DNA of 49,293 nt, taken from positions 1 through 49,293 of the IMG/VR virus record IMGVR_UViG_3300037046_000058. One strand, given 5' to 3'. Position numbers and translations under genes: made by a program. The first letter of the stretch is position 1, and each line of letters opens with the position of its first letter. Under the pieces are notes generated by a model. That model was not told the origin of the DNA. It made no database searches and saw only the letters and a program-made list of their open reading frames with translations. The stretch comes from a virus. Its lineage: Duplodnaviria; Caudoviricetes. Below are positions 1-9,982 of this stretch, one piece after another.

Positions 1-234
1 CAAGAACGGGCAGTATCCCAAGAGAAGTACTGGGATGCTAAATATAACTCGATTGAAACTATTGCAACTAAAGCTCATTCAAGACTCGACGATCATAAAA
101 AAGAGATTACAACGCTTTGCGATTGGAGGCATCGGATTACTGGAGCAATGTGGATAGTACCCATAGTACTTAGTTTGCTTACAGTTATACTTACAACATG
201 GTTATTAACAATATTTGGAGCAGTGAATAGATGA
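1..234 (+). CDS. 5'-truncated membrane protein, holin/XhlA-like
   Basis: Frame 1 is open from base 1 to TGA at 232-234 (…AHSRLDDHKKEITTL…AMWIVPIVLSLLTVILTTWLLTIFG). It has a coiled segment plus a C-terminal TM helix, and an ATGA overlap with the next gene. Confidence 0.55.
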   Translation, partial: QERAVSQEKYWDAKYNSIETIATKAHSRLDDHKKEITTLCDWRHRITGAMWIVPIVLSLLTVILTTWLLTIFGAVNR

Positions 235-611
235 ACAAGAAACTAATGGTGATACTCACCATAATAATGCTTGCTTTTACGGCAAGTGCATACGTCCCTC
301 CTGAACTCAGGACGGGAGAACACATGACTGAATATGAAGTTGTTAAAGTGGCTCTGACTGCGTATGACGCAGGAGCAAGGGATAGATGGACTATGGATAC
401 GCTTGAGGATGCAGTTATTCATCATACGAACAGTGGACGAAATAGGGAAAATTACCAGCAACTCAGGGAATGGCTCAGGAAGATAGAGAACCAGAAAGCA
501 GGAATAAAAACGGTTACATTCATACAACCCGAAATGACCAGACCATATGATAATGAAGGTAATGGCTGGTGTAGAGGGCACGATAAAGAATGCAGGAATA
601 AGGTGAACTGA
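231..611 (+). CDS. Secreted hypothetical protein
   Basis: Sec-type signal peptide MNKKLMVILTIIMLAFTASA; translationally coupled to its neighbours. Confidence 0.75.
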   Translation: MNKKLMVILTIIMLAFTASAYVPPELRTGEHMTEYEVVKVALTAYDAGARDRWTMDTLEDAVIHHTNSGRNRENYQQLREWLRKIENQKAGIKTVTFIQPEMTRPYDNEGNGWCRGHDKECRNKVN

Positions 612-612
612 A

Positions 613-900
613 ATGGAACCAATAATTATTCTACTTGTAATAGGGGCGTTTGGTGGAATAATCCGAACATATCTTGGATATGAAACACAATCTGATAAAG
701 ATGAAGCATTCGACTATCATAAAGCAATGAAGTCAGTAATCAGGGGGGCACTCTTAGGGACATCTTTAGTCATGGGTGCAACATATTTAACACAAGGAGA
801 AATTACAACCACAACTTATGTACTGGCGTTATTTGTGGCAATAGGAACCGACGTTGTGAGTAAAGAAGGTTACGGTGTTGCAAAGGCGGCAATAAAGTGA
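613..900 (+). CDS. Small 3-TM membrane protein, holin-like
   Basis: 95 aa with three hydrophobic helices and a basic C-terminus. Confidence 0.6.
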   Translation: MEPIIILLVIGAFGGIIRTYLGYETQSDKDEAFDYHKAMKSVIRGALLGTSLVMGATYLTQGEITTTTYVLALFVAIGTDVVSKEGYGVAKAAIK

Positions 901-2717
901 ACCTACAGAAATTAGTCATACTTTGTATTACATCATTGTTATTGCTAATACCAATGGCGGGAGCAACGTATGACGTAGTTTCTGGCATTGCTTCAAACAG
1001 CACAGTATATACAACCTCGGCATCATATGGCGAGTTGCACAATATCAGCCTCGCAACAGGAGATGGGATAACATTCCTGAAAGCTTCTTGGGAAGCACAG
1101 ATGAACTTCACTGCGCCTCTATACGGGCGGTTCATGAGAGATGGCATGTCATTGGGTAGATTCAACTTAACTCAGTCAGTGTACGCTCAGGTTGGCGCAT
1201 ATGAGATGGCATTCAACGAGACAGAAGGAACTCACTATTATGGTTTTGAAGTGTACTCGAATAAGAAAGGTTGGATATATTCCCGCAACTTCTCAGCAGT
1301 GTTTCTGAAGAATGGTTCTTATGGTAGTGGTGCAGGTGGTGCGGGCAATGTATCATCCGTTACCGGCGCTCCTGCTGGCGTTCTGGATGCATCAGGTACG
1401 GACGATATCACACTTACCTTAAACCCCATGGGTACTAATTTTAGGAACGATACAATATCTACGCAGGGCACGGCAATAGATGCTCTGAAAGTAAACGATT
1501 CTTATTTCAACGGATCTGTGTTCCGTAACTCGACTAATTTCAGGAATGATTCTATCTCCGGCAAATTGGATACATCGACATATTCAGGAAACTTTCCGAA
1601 CAGTTCATTGGTAAATTATCTACCAATTTCAACATATTCAGGCAATTTCCCCAACTCATCACTCATTAATTATCTTTTGATTTCAACTTACGCAGGTAAC
1701 TTCCCGAACAGTTCACTTCCCAACTATCTTTTAACTTCGTTATTCGGCAGCAATTTCAATACATCATTTCATACAGAAATCCCAGTATGCAATGCCACAA
1801 CAGGAAAGTTGGTATCTGATGATGGGGAAACTGTAACTTGTGGCACAGATCAAACCGGGGCAGCAGGAGGAAATGTATCTTCAGTCATTGCTCAGAGTCC
1901 TTTGACATATACAGGCACGACTGATGTTGTAATCAAGGATGAGAGAACGACTTATCCCAATAGCACAGTCGGCTCGAAAGAGGCAACATGGGATACAGTA
2001 ACCTCAAAAACTACACTTACAGAAGTTAATTCAAGTGCTCAGATAACTGAAACGCAAGTAACGAATCTAATTTCAGATTTAGCTGGTAAAGAGCCAACGA
2101 TAACAGGTTCAACTTCAAACACTTTCTGGAATGGATTGAAGCAATGGATAACTCTTGGAATCGGTAACATTACAGGATTGCAGGGACTTGAAGATACTCA
2201 GAATAGTTCAATTGCATCTTTGCAATCAAACGATACACAAGATCGAGCATTTGTCAATACCACATTCATGAAAGTTGTAAATGCTACAATCTGTGCAGGC
2301 ACAGATAAAAATATCTGGAATGGCTCCTGGTGGAATTGTGCAGAAGATCAAAATACAGGTACATCAACAGGCGGTGGTATAAATGTCAGTGGGCAGCCAG
2401 TAATAACCGCAAATGCTTCACTTGTGGAAGGCACTAATATTACCCTCACGCAATCAGGAACTAACATCACAGTATCGAGTACGATGGGATTTACAACGAT
2501 ATCTACTGAGCAATTCACGGCATCAGGAACAGAACAAAATTATACTCTTTCAGCCAATTATCTTGTGAATTCCACAAGAGTTTACGTGAATGGACTGAGA
2601 CAACCACTTAACTTTACAGCGGGCTCTTATACCGAAAGTGTTGCAACGAAAAGCATAAACTTCACTTCATCTCCTCGAAACGGTGATAAAATTGAGGTTG
2701 AATATGCCCAGAGTTAG
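897..2717 (+). CDS. Signal-peptide glycoprotein with fibre-like motifs
   Basis: GTG start with a GTGA overlap; signal peptide; many N-x-S/T sequons; QVTNLISDLAGKE fibre-like motif; C-terminal VYVNGLRQ…FTSSPRNGDKIEVEY domain typical of virion proteins. Confidence 0.7.
   Translation: MNLQKLVILCITSLLLLIPMAGATYDVVSGIASNSTVYTTSASYGELHNISLATGDGITFLKASWEAQMNFTAPLYGRFMRDGMSLGRFNLTQSVYAQVGAYEMAFNETEGTHYYGFEVYSNKKGWIYSRNFSAVFLKNGSYGSGAGGAGNVSSVTGAPAGVLDASGTDDITLTLNPMGTNFRNDTISTQGTAIDALKVNDSYFNGSVFRNSTNFRNDSISGKLDTSTYSGNFPNSSLVNYLPISTYSGNFPNSSLINYLLISTYAGNFPNSSLPNYLLTSLFGSNFNTSFHTEIPVCNATTGKLVSDDGETVTCGTDQTGAAGGNVSSVIAQSPLTYTGTTDVVIKDERTTYPNSTVGSKEATWDTVTSKTTLTEVNSSAQITETQVTNLISDLAGKEPTITGSTSNTFWNGLKQWITLGIGNITGLQGLEDTQNSSIASLQSNDTQDRAFVNTTFMKVVNATICAGTDKNIWNGSWWNCAEDQNTGTSTGGGINVSGQPVITANASLVEGTNITLTQSGTNITVSSTMGFTTISTEQFTASGTEQNYTLSANYLVNSTRVYVNGLRQPLNFTAGSYTESVATKSINFTSSPRNGDKIEVEYAQS
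1575..1736 (+). repeat. 3 x 54-bp in-frame tandem repeat (STYxGNFPNSSLxNYLxx)
   Basis: Units start at 1575, 1629 and 1683, with synonymous divergence between them. Confidence 0.9.
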
Positions 2718-5373
2718 CTTAGCTCTGGTCTTGTTTTTTGTCTTCTCTTTGTTTTTTATTGGGCAGGCATCGGCAGGACAATATGAAATCAATGGTACAA
2801 CATACCCTATGATTTATAATGGCACTTACGTATCTCAGAATATAAATTACATGGTGCAGTATGGCACAGGGTATGACATCTTCTGGAATGGCGGCCTTCT
2901 TCAGACTGTATGGGACGGGACTTATGCTTATGATAAGATCGCATACCCCAACAACGGTACTGCAATAAGTCCCTGGACTTTTTGGCATGTCGAATCGTAT
3001 CGAACATCAGGACAAGGCACATGGCAGGAAGAAATACCAATCTCAAATACATTCGTCAAAATAGATAATAATACATTAAGACGAGAAATGGTTCTTGGTT
3101 CAGGTGGCAAATTCAATATCACGTACAATAACTTGGGAACGAGAATAAAACAAGATTTGGAACTTACAGCAGGACAGAACAGGAAATATAGGCTTGTTTA
3201 TCGCATTGATTCAGTGGCTGCTCAAACAGTAGTTCCAACTCAAAAACGGTTCACTCCCGACTTCTTCAAAAACTTCACAATCTACGATGTAACTGATGTG
3301 CTGCCTTACACCGTAAATGAAACGAATGGTTCATATCTTTACGGTTGGAATACTTCGGCATCCATTGATAATACGAACAGAAAAATGTACTTTACTCTTG
3401 AAAACAATCAGGTCATGGCAATTGGACAGAGAGTGGATATTGACCCATCTTGGAGCACGAACGGCAGCACATCGCCACAATTCATAAATTCAACATTAGT
3501 AAATCTTACGATTAATCAAGGAACGAATAATCTTGAACTTCGGCAGCAAGTGGATGATTATATTTCATATTGGAGAGCAGATGGAACAGCAAAAGATGAC
3601 AATAGAACATCTGCAAATGAAGGTACATTTGTAGGTAATGCAAATGCATCAGCTGTGGGGTTGTATAATAATGCATTTGGATTAGATGGGGTTGGAGACT
3701 ACGTATCCCTAAATTCAAACATTGGCAATACTACAGGGAATATTTCAATTTTTGTAAGAGTAAAACTCAATACACTTACAGGGACACAGGTAATATTTTC
3801 AAGGACGAGTGAATTATCACCGTGGCCTCAGACGTGGACCTTAATAAAACGAGGAAGTGATAATCGTATCTGTTTTCAATCAAGTCAAGACTCCTATTTA
3901 GCGGTCTGCTCACTAAATGCTGTTACAACAGGAACCTGGTATAATATAACTGGGACTTATGAAGGGTCAGGCAATAAGAAAAGAAAAATATATATTGAGA
4001 AAGAACTCCAAAATGAAGGTACATATTCGGGAGACCCACCAACTAATATCGGAGCATCTATGGCGGTGATAGGTGCAAGTTCTACAGATAATCCATTGTA
4101 TTTTGTTAATGGAACTATTGATGATATACGGTTTTATTATCGCATTGTTAGTAATGACGAAATAAATCTTACAATAAATCAATCAAAATATTCATCAGGA
4201 TACATCAAAACTTGGTATAACTCAACACCAAATGAAAATTATCAGATTGATGTAAATGGAACATGGCAGGCAAATTCAAATACAAGTTTGCAGTATGCTC
4301 AAAACGGTAGTAGTCCATCATCATTTGAGTCACCTGCAAACGTAACATCAAATCAATCGTGGGCATTAGGAACAAAATACATTAATACTGACACATACAT
4401 TTGGTTTTTCGGAAATGGAACATTAACCCCTTCACTATCTCAAATTACTTTCTTTGACCAGATTGTAAGTGGTGGAGACACCACACCTCCAACTTACTCA
4501 TATGCATCACACAATCAGACCATAGCAGGACAGCCAACATTATTTTCAGTTTATTATAATGATGAAACAGCTCTGCATCCTGCTGGTCAATGGATATTCA
4601 GTACGAACAATACTGGTTCGTGGATTAATGATTCTGCTGTGAATTGGACTGCAACACCACAATGGGCTAATGTAACCAAAACATTAAATTCAACAGCAGG
4701 AACTGTAGTAGGTTATCGTTGGTATGCTTTCGATAATGCAGGTAACTGGAACAGTACAGAAACTTATACTTTAACGGTACAAGATATAACCTCTCCAGCA
4801 AGTATAACAGAATTAACGAATGCAACCGATAATTTCTATCATAATTGGACTTGGACTAACCCAACTGATAACGATTTTAATTATACAATGATTTATCTTA
4901 ATGGAATCTTTGTCTTGAATCAGTCTGTTGACTTTTATAACCTTATAGCAGATGCACATAATGTAACTACAATTTCAACTCATACTGTTGATATTTCAGG
5001 AAATATTAATCAGACTTGGGTGAATCATACCAGCGCAATTCCAAATAATATTCCAATTCAGTCTTCAATCGACAACAAGAATGTAGATGAAGGTCAGTGG
5101 TTAAACTTTACTATTAGTTCAACTGATATTGATGGAGATAGCTTAACGTACGGTACAAATGCCAGTAAAGGAACATTTAATACAACCACAGGTAACTTTA
5201 ATTGGAGTACTGTATCTGAAGACGTAGGGACATACTACTGGAACTTCAATAGCAGTGACAATTATAGTGGTGTTGACGACGAAACGATAACTGTAACAGT
5301 TCAGAGTACAGCAGTTGCAGAAAACATCGTTTATAGTTACGTTAATACGTTCAGGAGTTATATTAGGAGATGA
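2704..5373 (+). CDS. Secreted glycoprotein with LamG/ConA-like, Ig/FN3-like and cadherin-like domains
   Basis: ATG 2704 gives signal peptide MPRVSLALVLFF…ASA. LamG motifs (FGLDGVGDYV, TGTWYNITGTY, NGTIDDIRFY); DTTPP and DITSPASI Ig/FN3-like starts; DIDGDSLTY cadherin-like motif; about 47 sequons by manual count. Confidence 0.8.
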   Translation: MPRVSLALVLFFVFSLFFIGQASAGQYEINGTTYPMIYNGTYVSQNINYMVQYGTGYDIFWNGGLLQTVWDGTYAYDKIAYPNNGTAISPWTFWHVESYRTSGQGTWQEEIPISNTFVKIDNNTLRREMVLGSGGKFNITYNNLGTRIKQDLELTAGQNRKYRLVYRIDSVAAQTVVPTQKRFTPDFFKNFTIYDVTDVLPYTVNETNGSYLYGWNTSASIDNTNRKMYFTLENNQVMAIGQRVDIDPSWSTNGSTSPQFINSTLVNLTINQGTNNLELRQQVDDYISYWRADGTAKDDNRTSANEGTFVGNANASAVGLYNNAFGLDGVGDYVSLNSNIGNTTGNISIFVRVKLNTLTGTQVIFSRTSELSPWPQTWTLIKRGSDNRICFQSSQDSYLAVCSLNAVTTGTWYNITGTYEGSGNKKRKIYIEKELQNEGTYSGDPPTNIGASMAVIGASSTDNPLYFVNGTIDDIRFYYRIVSNDEINLTINQSKYSSGYIKTWYNSTPNENYQIDVNGTWQANSNTSLQYAQNGSSPSSFESPANVTSNQSWALGTKYINTDTYIWFFGNGTLTPSLSQITFFDQIVSGGDTTPPTYSYASHNQTIAGQPTLFSVYYNDETALHPAGQWIFSTNNTGSWINDSAVNWTATPQWANVTKTLNSTAGTVVGYRWYAFDNAGNWNSTETYTLTVQDITSPASITELTNATDNFYHNWTWTNPTDNDFNYTMIYLNGIFVLNQSVDFYNLIADAHNVTTISTHTVDISGNINQTWVNHTSAIPNNIPIQSSIDNKNVDEGQWLNFTISSTDIDGDSLTYGTNASKGTFNTTTGNFNWSTVSEDVGTYYWNFNSSDNYSGVDDETITVTVQSTAVAENIVYSYVNTFRSYIRR

Positions 5374-5380
5374 GGACAAG

Positions 5381-5839
5381 ATGAAAAGCCATATAATATT
5401 AATCATGGGGCTGCTATTTTTCATTGGAGCAGCCAATGCAATAACCAATGAAGCAAAACTACACATATCGCAGGTGGACGGCTTGCAAGAGCAGCAGGAT
5501 GCACAAAACGCCAGTTTCGAGTATGGAGGATTTGATATTTCGTTCAACAACGGGACAAATGCTCTTGTTGCCGGTGAATTCGTGTATGGAAAAGCAAAAT
5601 ATAATGGAGTGATTACAGAACTGTCAGCATTATCTGTTCAAACAGGCAGTATCAACATAACTCTTACCAACAAGACATTGGGCACCTATATTTGCAGCGT
5701 AGTTATTACAGATGGAACAGATGCTACAACATCATGTACCCCGTACTCGTTCAATAGAGGCGACTGGTTGAACGCTACAATTATTTCAGTTACTAACATT
5801 AAACAGGTAACTGCGGCAGTTCAGACAAGAAGATCATGA
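5381..5839 (+). CDS. Secreted beta-rich protein
   Basis: GAGG RBS then ATG 5381; signal peptide MKSHIILIMGLLFFIGAANA; several sequons. Confidence 0.7.
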   Translation: MKSHIILIMGLLFFIGAANAITNEAKLHISQVDGLQEQQDAQNASFEYGGFDISFNNGTNALVAGEFVYGKAKYNGVITELSALSVQTGSINITLTNKTLGTYICSVVITDGTDATTSCTPYSFNRGDWLNATIISVTNIKQVTAAVQTRRS

Positions 5840-5848
5840 GGATAATTT

Positions 5849-8800
5849 ATGGAATTTACGTCTCCTTTCACTCGTGGTAAAATTAGACCTTTGATTATTT
5901 CGTTAATAGTTTTGCTTCTTTTAGCGCAGGGAGCGAGTGCAGGACTTTATGTAAATTCAACTGATAAATTTATTGAAAAAGACGGAGTAAAGACATTTAT
6001 GTTTGGTACTGGCTCTCCGTGTATTCGTTCTGACTTTAATGGTACTGGTCAAACATGTGCCCAGTCATTGGCAAATCTAACGGATATAGATTATGTAAAT
6101 TTTGAACATTATGGAAGCTGGTTAAATGGCTCGGATGATGGCGTGAATAATAATGATAATCTTTTAAACGCATCTGGTATTTACTTTTTTGGGTATGCGC
6201 AAGATTCTCCAGTTATAAACAATACTCCTGGAAGTGTTGGTTATTACTGGCGAAAAAACCTTACCAAATACGGTGGTACAATACCTATGAATGAACCTGA
6301 TTATAATGATATACCATATTCTACTGTTCAGACTCAATATAATAATGTAAAAGCAAGAGAACCTAATAATACTGGTTTCTTATTTTTTATGACTTTAATG
6401 GGCGATTGGAATGCTGATGGACAAGTAACATACTGGAAAAGTTTAGGTGATGTTTTTAATGTAGATAAATGGCATCGTTATGATAATGTAGATTATAAAG
6501 CAACAGAATATTTATACAGTATTGAATCGAGAAGTCAGCAGTGGGGATTGGCTGGTATTGGAAATATTGAAACATGGGATAAACCCATTCTTGGATTTGC
6601 ACATACAAATGGTAATACGGCTTATAATGGATATAAAGACACAAATGCAACAATAAGATCACAGACTTATCTATGGGTTGCAATGGGGGTAAAAGGTATG
6701 ACTACCTTTGGAGATAAAGATTCATACAATTCATGGGGTGGTATGTGGTCAAATAAATCAATGCTTACTTATGTAAATCAATTAGCAAGAGAATTACATA
6801 GTTTTAATTGGATATTTATAAACTCAACTTCGAAGTCATGGGGGGATGTAACTAAATCAAATATTAACACCACCGGAGTAACATTTACAAACAATTCCAA
6901 TTATTATTATGCTAATACCAACTGGAATGTTAAACACTTTAATTATATGTTGAAGGTAAAGAATAGTACAACTGCATATCTTGTTGTTGTGAATAAAGAC
7001 ATGAATCAGACCACAACACAAATAAATGTCACTGACTTAGCTGGAACAGGGACAAGGTATGCTAAAACAATAGGGTTAGAACTGGAAGGAAGCGCAGCAA
7101 TAGGGAAGAATCTAACTGTAACAAATGGTGTATTCACTGATACTTTTGATGGATATGCAGCGCATGTATATGAAATCTCCAATACAACATCAGGTGGAGA
7201 ATCTGGTGGCTCTGGCATTCCGGCAAACCAATACATCATAAATGCATCGGGTGGTAATGCTACGTGGTCGGATTTTACTTTGACTAATGCAGTAATCAGG
7301 GGCAACAGATATGTTACGAATGATCTGGCAGTTCAAGGATATACCTCTTGGTGGGATGGAAAGACCAACAATACAGGTTCAACTGCGATATGGGATAGCA
7401 ACCGAACCACAGCAAATACAGGAACGCTGGCCGCAACATCTCTATGGAACTCAAGCGGAGGTTGGAACTTTCAAGGGAATAATCAATACATGACTGCTTC
7501 ATCATCTGTGGTGAATAGAACCGCAGGAAGTATATTCTTCAAGTTTTTAGAAATCACTGGAAAAGGCGCGTATGCTGGTATATATTCCGCAGGGGATACA
7601 AAAAATCAGTTATATCGTTCCAATAGTGACACTTCGCTAAAAAGTTCATTCAATGGAGTAGATCAAATACATACCGTTTCCGATATTTGGGACAATGCAA
7701 GCCACAATTTTCTATACACATGGAATGATACGAGTAATGTCAGGAGTATTCACATCGATGGCACTGTAAACACAAGCACAGTAGCGTTTAGTTTGCCCGC
7801 CAGCATGGACACTCTTTATGTAGGTGCACATCCTGATGGTCTTCATCCACTCGGTGGAAACATCAAATACATGATGATATATCCAATGGAAGTAACAGAG
7901 TCACAAAGATATAGCTTGTATAATCATACTTATGTTACTACGAGCAACATCACAACATTAAAGAACTGGACTGACGGCAACGTCACATATCAGGTCGTTG
8001 TGAATGCCACCACCCCTGCAAATACCAATTATTCGGTATGGTATCGCCAGAATGCAACAGGGGATTATGTTCTTCTCAATTTAAGTCTTACCGGAAATAA
8101 TACAATCTCAATCACGACTCAATATCAAAATACTGATGTTCGCATACAGCTTTTCGGAAATGAAACCGCAACACCTGAACTCATGGAGATAACTTATTAT
8201 TCTCAAAGTTCATCAGAGTCAGAATCGACGGCGTGGACTACTGGAATCGGTGGAGTATACTTCCAAAATCAAACGATAGGAAGTAATCGAACTTGTATAA
8301 ATACTGGTGATGGCTCAATAGAGGTTGGTTATGTCTGCGATAATTTCAATGATAATAATACTAATGGATGGAACGAAACAGGAGATTTAAGTACAAACTG
8401 GGTAATTAATAATGGTACTATAAATCAAACATCAGCAGCAGTATCTGGTTATCTGTATCAAAACGTAACATCATATCAGAACATGTCAATATTTACTAAA
8501 TTCAAAGAATATAATAACTTGAATACTTACATTGATGCTTCTGATTTACGAGGCAACTTATCAAGACTAAATGCTAATTCATCCTGGTTGAATTGTCAGT
8601 TTTCGATAGGTAGTCCAACAGGTATAAGGGCTTATATTTATTGTTATAATGGTTCTTCGTGGCTTCCTGTTAATGAATCTGCAACGAAAACAAGGTATTT
8701 GAATGAATGGAACTACGCTGGATTCTTTGCGAATGGAACAACATTTAAAGGATATCTTAGTAATGTTTCATATGCTAATGCCATGACTTCTGTGCTTTCG

Positions 8801-9265
8801 AGCGGAACAAGTAGTCAATGGCTTAATGGAACTACAATTCAGTTTGGGGCGGGTATGAATGCTTCTGCGATTCTTTCATGGGATGAAATTAGAGCAGTCG
8901 AACTTGATGCTCAGGGCAATCAATACCTGCAAGGTAATTACACTATGAATTATACTGTTCCAGGAGGACAATATACAAAAAATATCACTATCAACGGCTC
9001 ATATCCGACTGGTACAAATTATACTGTGAAGTACAGACAGAACGCAACGGGCGATTATATTGCTGTCGAGGGTGTCAAAACAACAGATTCAATAATAGAG
9101 CTTCCGACACCATATTACCAGAATATTGATATTAAATTAGAAATGAATGCAAGCATCTCAGATACACTTTCCATTAATAATATTGATATCGGAGCATCAG
9201 AAACAGATGGACAAACAGCAGAATCGATATCGTTAACGAGAACTTCATGGAGCTGGTATGAATAA
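5849..9265 (+). CDS. Secreted glycoprotein with a glycoside-hydrolase-like N-terminal domain plus LamG/lectin-like domains
   Basis: Signal peptide ending GASA; MNEPD motif and GVKGMTTF segment of clan GH-A-like barrels; LamG-like segment; dozens of sequons. Confidence 0.7.
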   Translation: MEFTSPFTRGKIRPLIISLIVLLLLAQGASAGLYVNSTDKFIEKDGVKTFMFGTGSPCIRSDFNGTGQTCAQSLANLTDIDYVNFEHYGSWLNGSDDGVNNNDNLLNASGIYFFGYAQDSPVINNTPGSVGYYWRKNLTKYGGTIPMNEPDYNDIPYSTVQTQYNNVKAREPNNTGFLFFMTLMGDWNADGQVTYWKSLGDVFNVDKWHRYDNVDYKATEYLYSIESRSQQWGLAGIGNIETWDKPILGFAHTNGNTAYNGYKDTNATIRSQTYLWVAMGVKGMTTFGDKDSYNSWGGMWSNKSMLTYVNQLARELHSFNWIFINSTSKSWGDVTKSNINTTGVTFTNNSNYYYANTNWNVKHFNYMLKVKNSTTAYLVVVNKDMNQTTTQINVTDLAGTGTRYAKTIGLELEGSAAIGKNLTVTNGVFTDTFDGYAAHVYEISNTTSGGESGGSGIPANQYIINASGGNATWSDFTLTNAVIRGNRYVTNDLAVQGYTSWWDGKTNNTGSTAIWDSNRTTANTGTLAATSLWNSSGGWNFQGNNQYMTASSSVVNRTAGSIFFKFLEITGKGAYAGIYSAGDTKNQLYRSNSDTSLKSSFNGVDQIHTVSDIWDNASHNFLYTWNDTSNVRSIHIDGTVNTSTVAFSLPASMDTLYVGAHPDGLHPLGGNIKYMMIYPMEVTESQRYSLYNHTYVTTSNITTLKNWTDGNVTYQVVVNATTPANTNYSVWYRQNATGDYVLLNLSLTGNNTISITTQYQNTDVRIQLFGNETATPELMEITYYSQSSSESESTAWTTGIGGVYFQNQTIGSNRTCINTGDGSIEVGYVCDNFNDNNTNGWNETGDLSTNWVINNGTINQTSAAVSGYLYQNVTSYQNMSIFTKFKEYNNLNTYIDASDLRGNLSRLNANSSWLNCQFSIGSPTGIRAYIYCYNGSSWLPVNESATKTRYLNEWNYAGFFANGTTFKGYLSNVSYANAMTSVLSSGTSSQWLNGTTIQFGAGMNASAILSWDEIRAVELDAQGNQYLQGNYTMNYTVPGGQYTKNITINGSYPTGTNYTVKYRQNATGDYIAVEGVKTTDSIIELPTPYYQNIDIKLEMNASISDTLSINNIDIGASETDGQTAESISLTRTSWSWYE

Positions 9266-9306
9266 ACATAAATATCACAACATCATTATTATGAGTAGGT
9301 AACGAA

Positions 9307-9975
9307 ATGGCAATCGAAAATGCGTTCAGTGATTTGGTTCCAGGCGGAGATGCGACTACACCGAAAATAGGTGATCTCAGCGGAGTTGTGACTGCGGGCA
9401 GCACAAACGCAGACCTGAGAATCACGAATACTGGTGATTATCCGTGCAGTTTCAACTGGCGTGATACTGGTACTACAACATGGTATCAGGAATCATTACT
9501 TCCTCTCCAAAGTGTAGATAAAAAACTTGCTTTGACTGCTGCACGCACATTCGAGTATTTCTTCGATGCCAGCTCACTGCAGGTCGATGTAACATACTTC
9601 TGGGGAACTGGGTTATCATCAACAGTATCATTATCGGATGTAACGGCATGGATTACAATGCTCGGATATACAGTTAGTGAAACTGGACATCTCACCAGCG
9701 CAGAGGTTCAATTATGTCTTAATAAAGTTACAGCAGAAGTGAACACGGCATCAACAAGATATGCTTTAATCGCAATGCAAACACTTGATGCTACTTTAAA
9801 AAATTCTACTATCTTAACTGGCTCTGTAGCTCAGGCACTTTACGTTCTTAGAAATGTGGGTGCAACAAGAGGATTGACTTCTGATATGATAATCATTTCA
9901 ACTGAAACAGCAGATAGGTATAATGCAGATTATATACAAAATCTTGAAACGATTAAGCAAGGATTTGGAGTATGA
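9307..9975 (+). CDS. Putative head-tail connector-like virion protein
   Basis: C-terminal helical pattern SLSDVTAW…TSAEVQLCLNKVTAEVN resembles adaptor proteins; lies directly upstream of the tail tube gene. Confidence 0.45.
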   Translation: MAIENAFSDLVPGGDATTPKIGDLSGVVTAGSTNADLRITNTGDYPCSFNWRDTGTTTWYQESLLPLQSVDKKLALTAARTFEYFFDASSLQVDVTYFWGTGLSSTVSLSDVTAWITMLGYTVSETGHLTSAEVQLCLNKVTAEVNTASTRYALIAMQTLDATLKNSTILTGSVAQALYVLRNVGATRGLTSDMIIISTETADRYNADYIQNLETIKQGFGV

Positions 9976-9982
9976 ATAACAA

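Noticed and set aside
8020-9065. Possible DGR template/variable repeat pair (YRQNATGDY copies)
   Set aside because: Differences are mostly synonymous and not adenine-specific, both copies are coding, and no reverse transcriptase is present.
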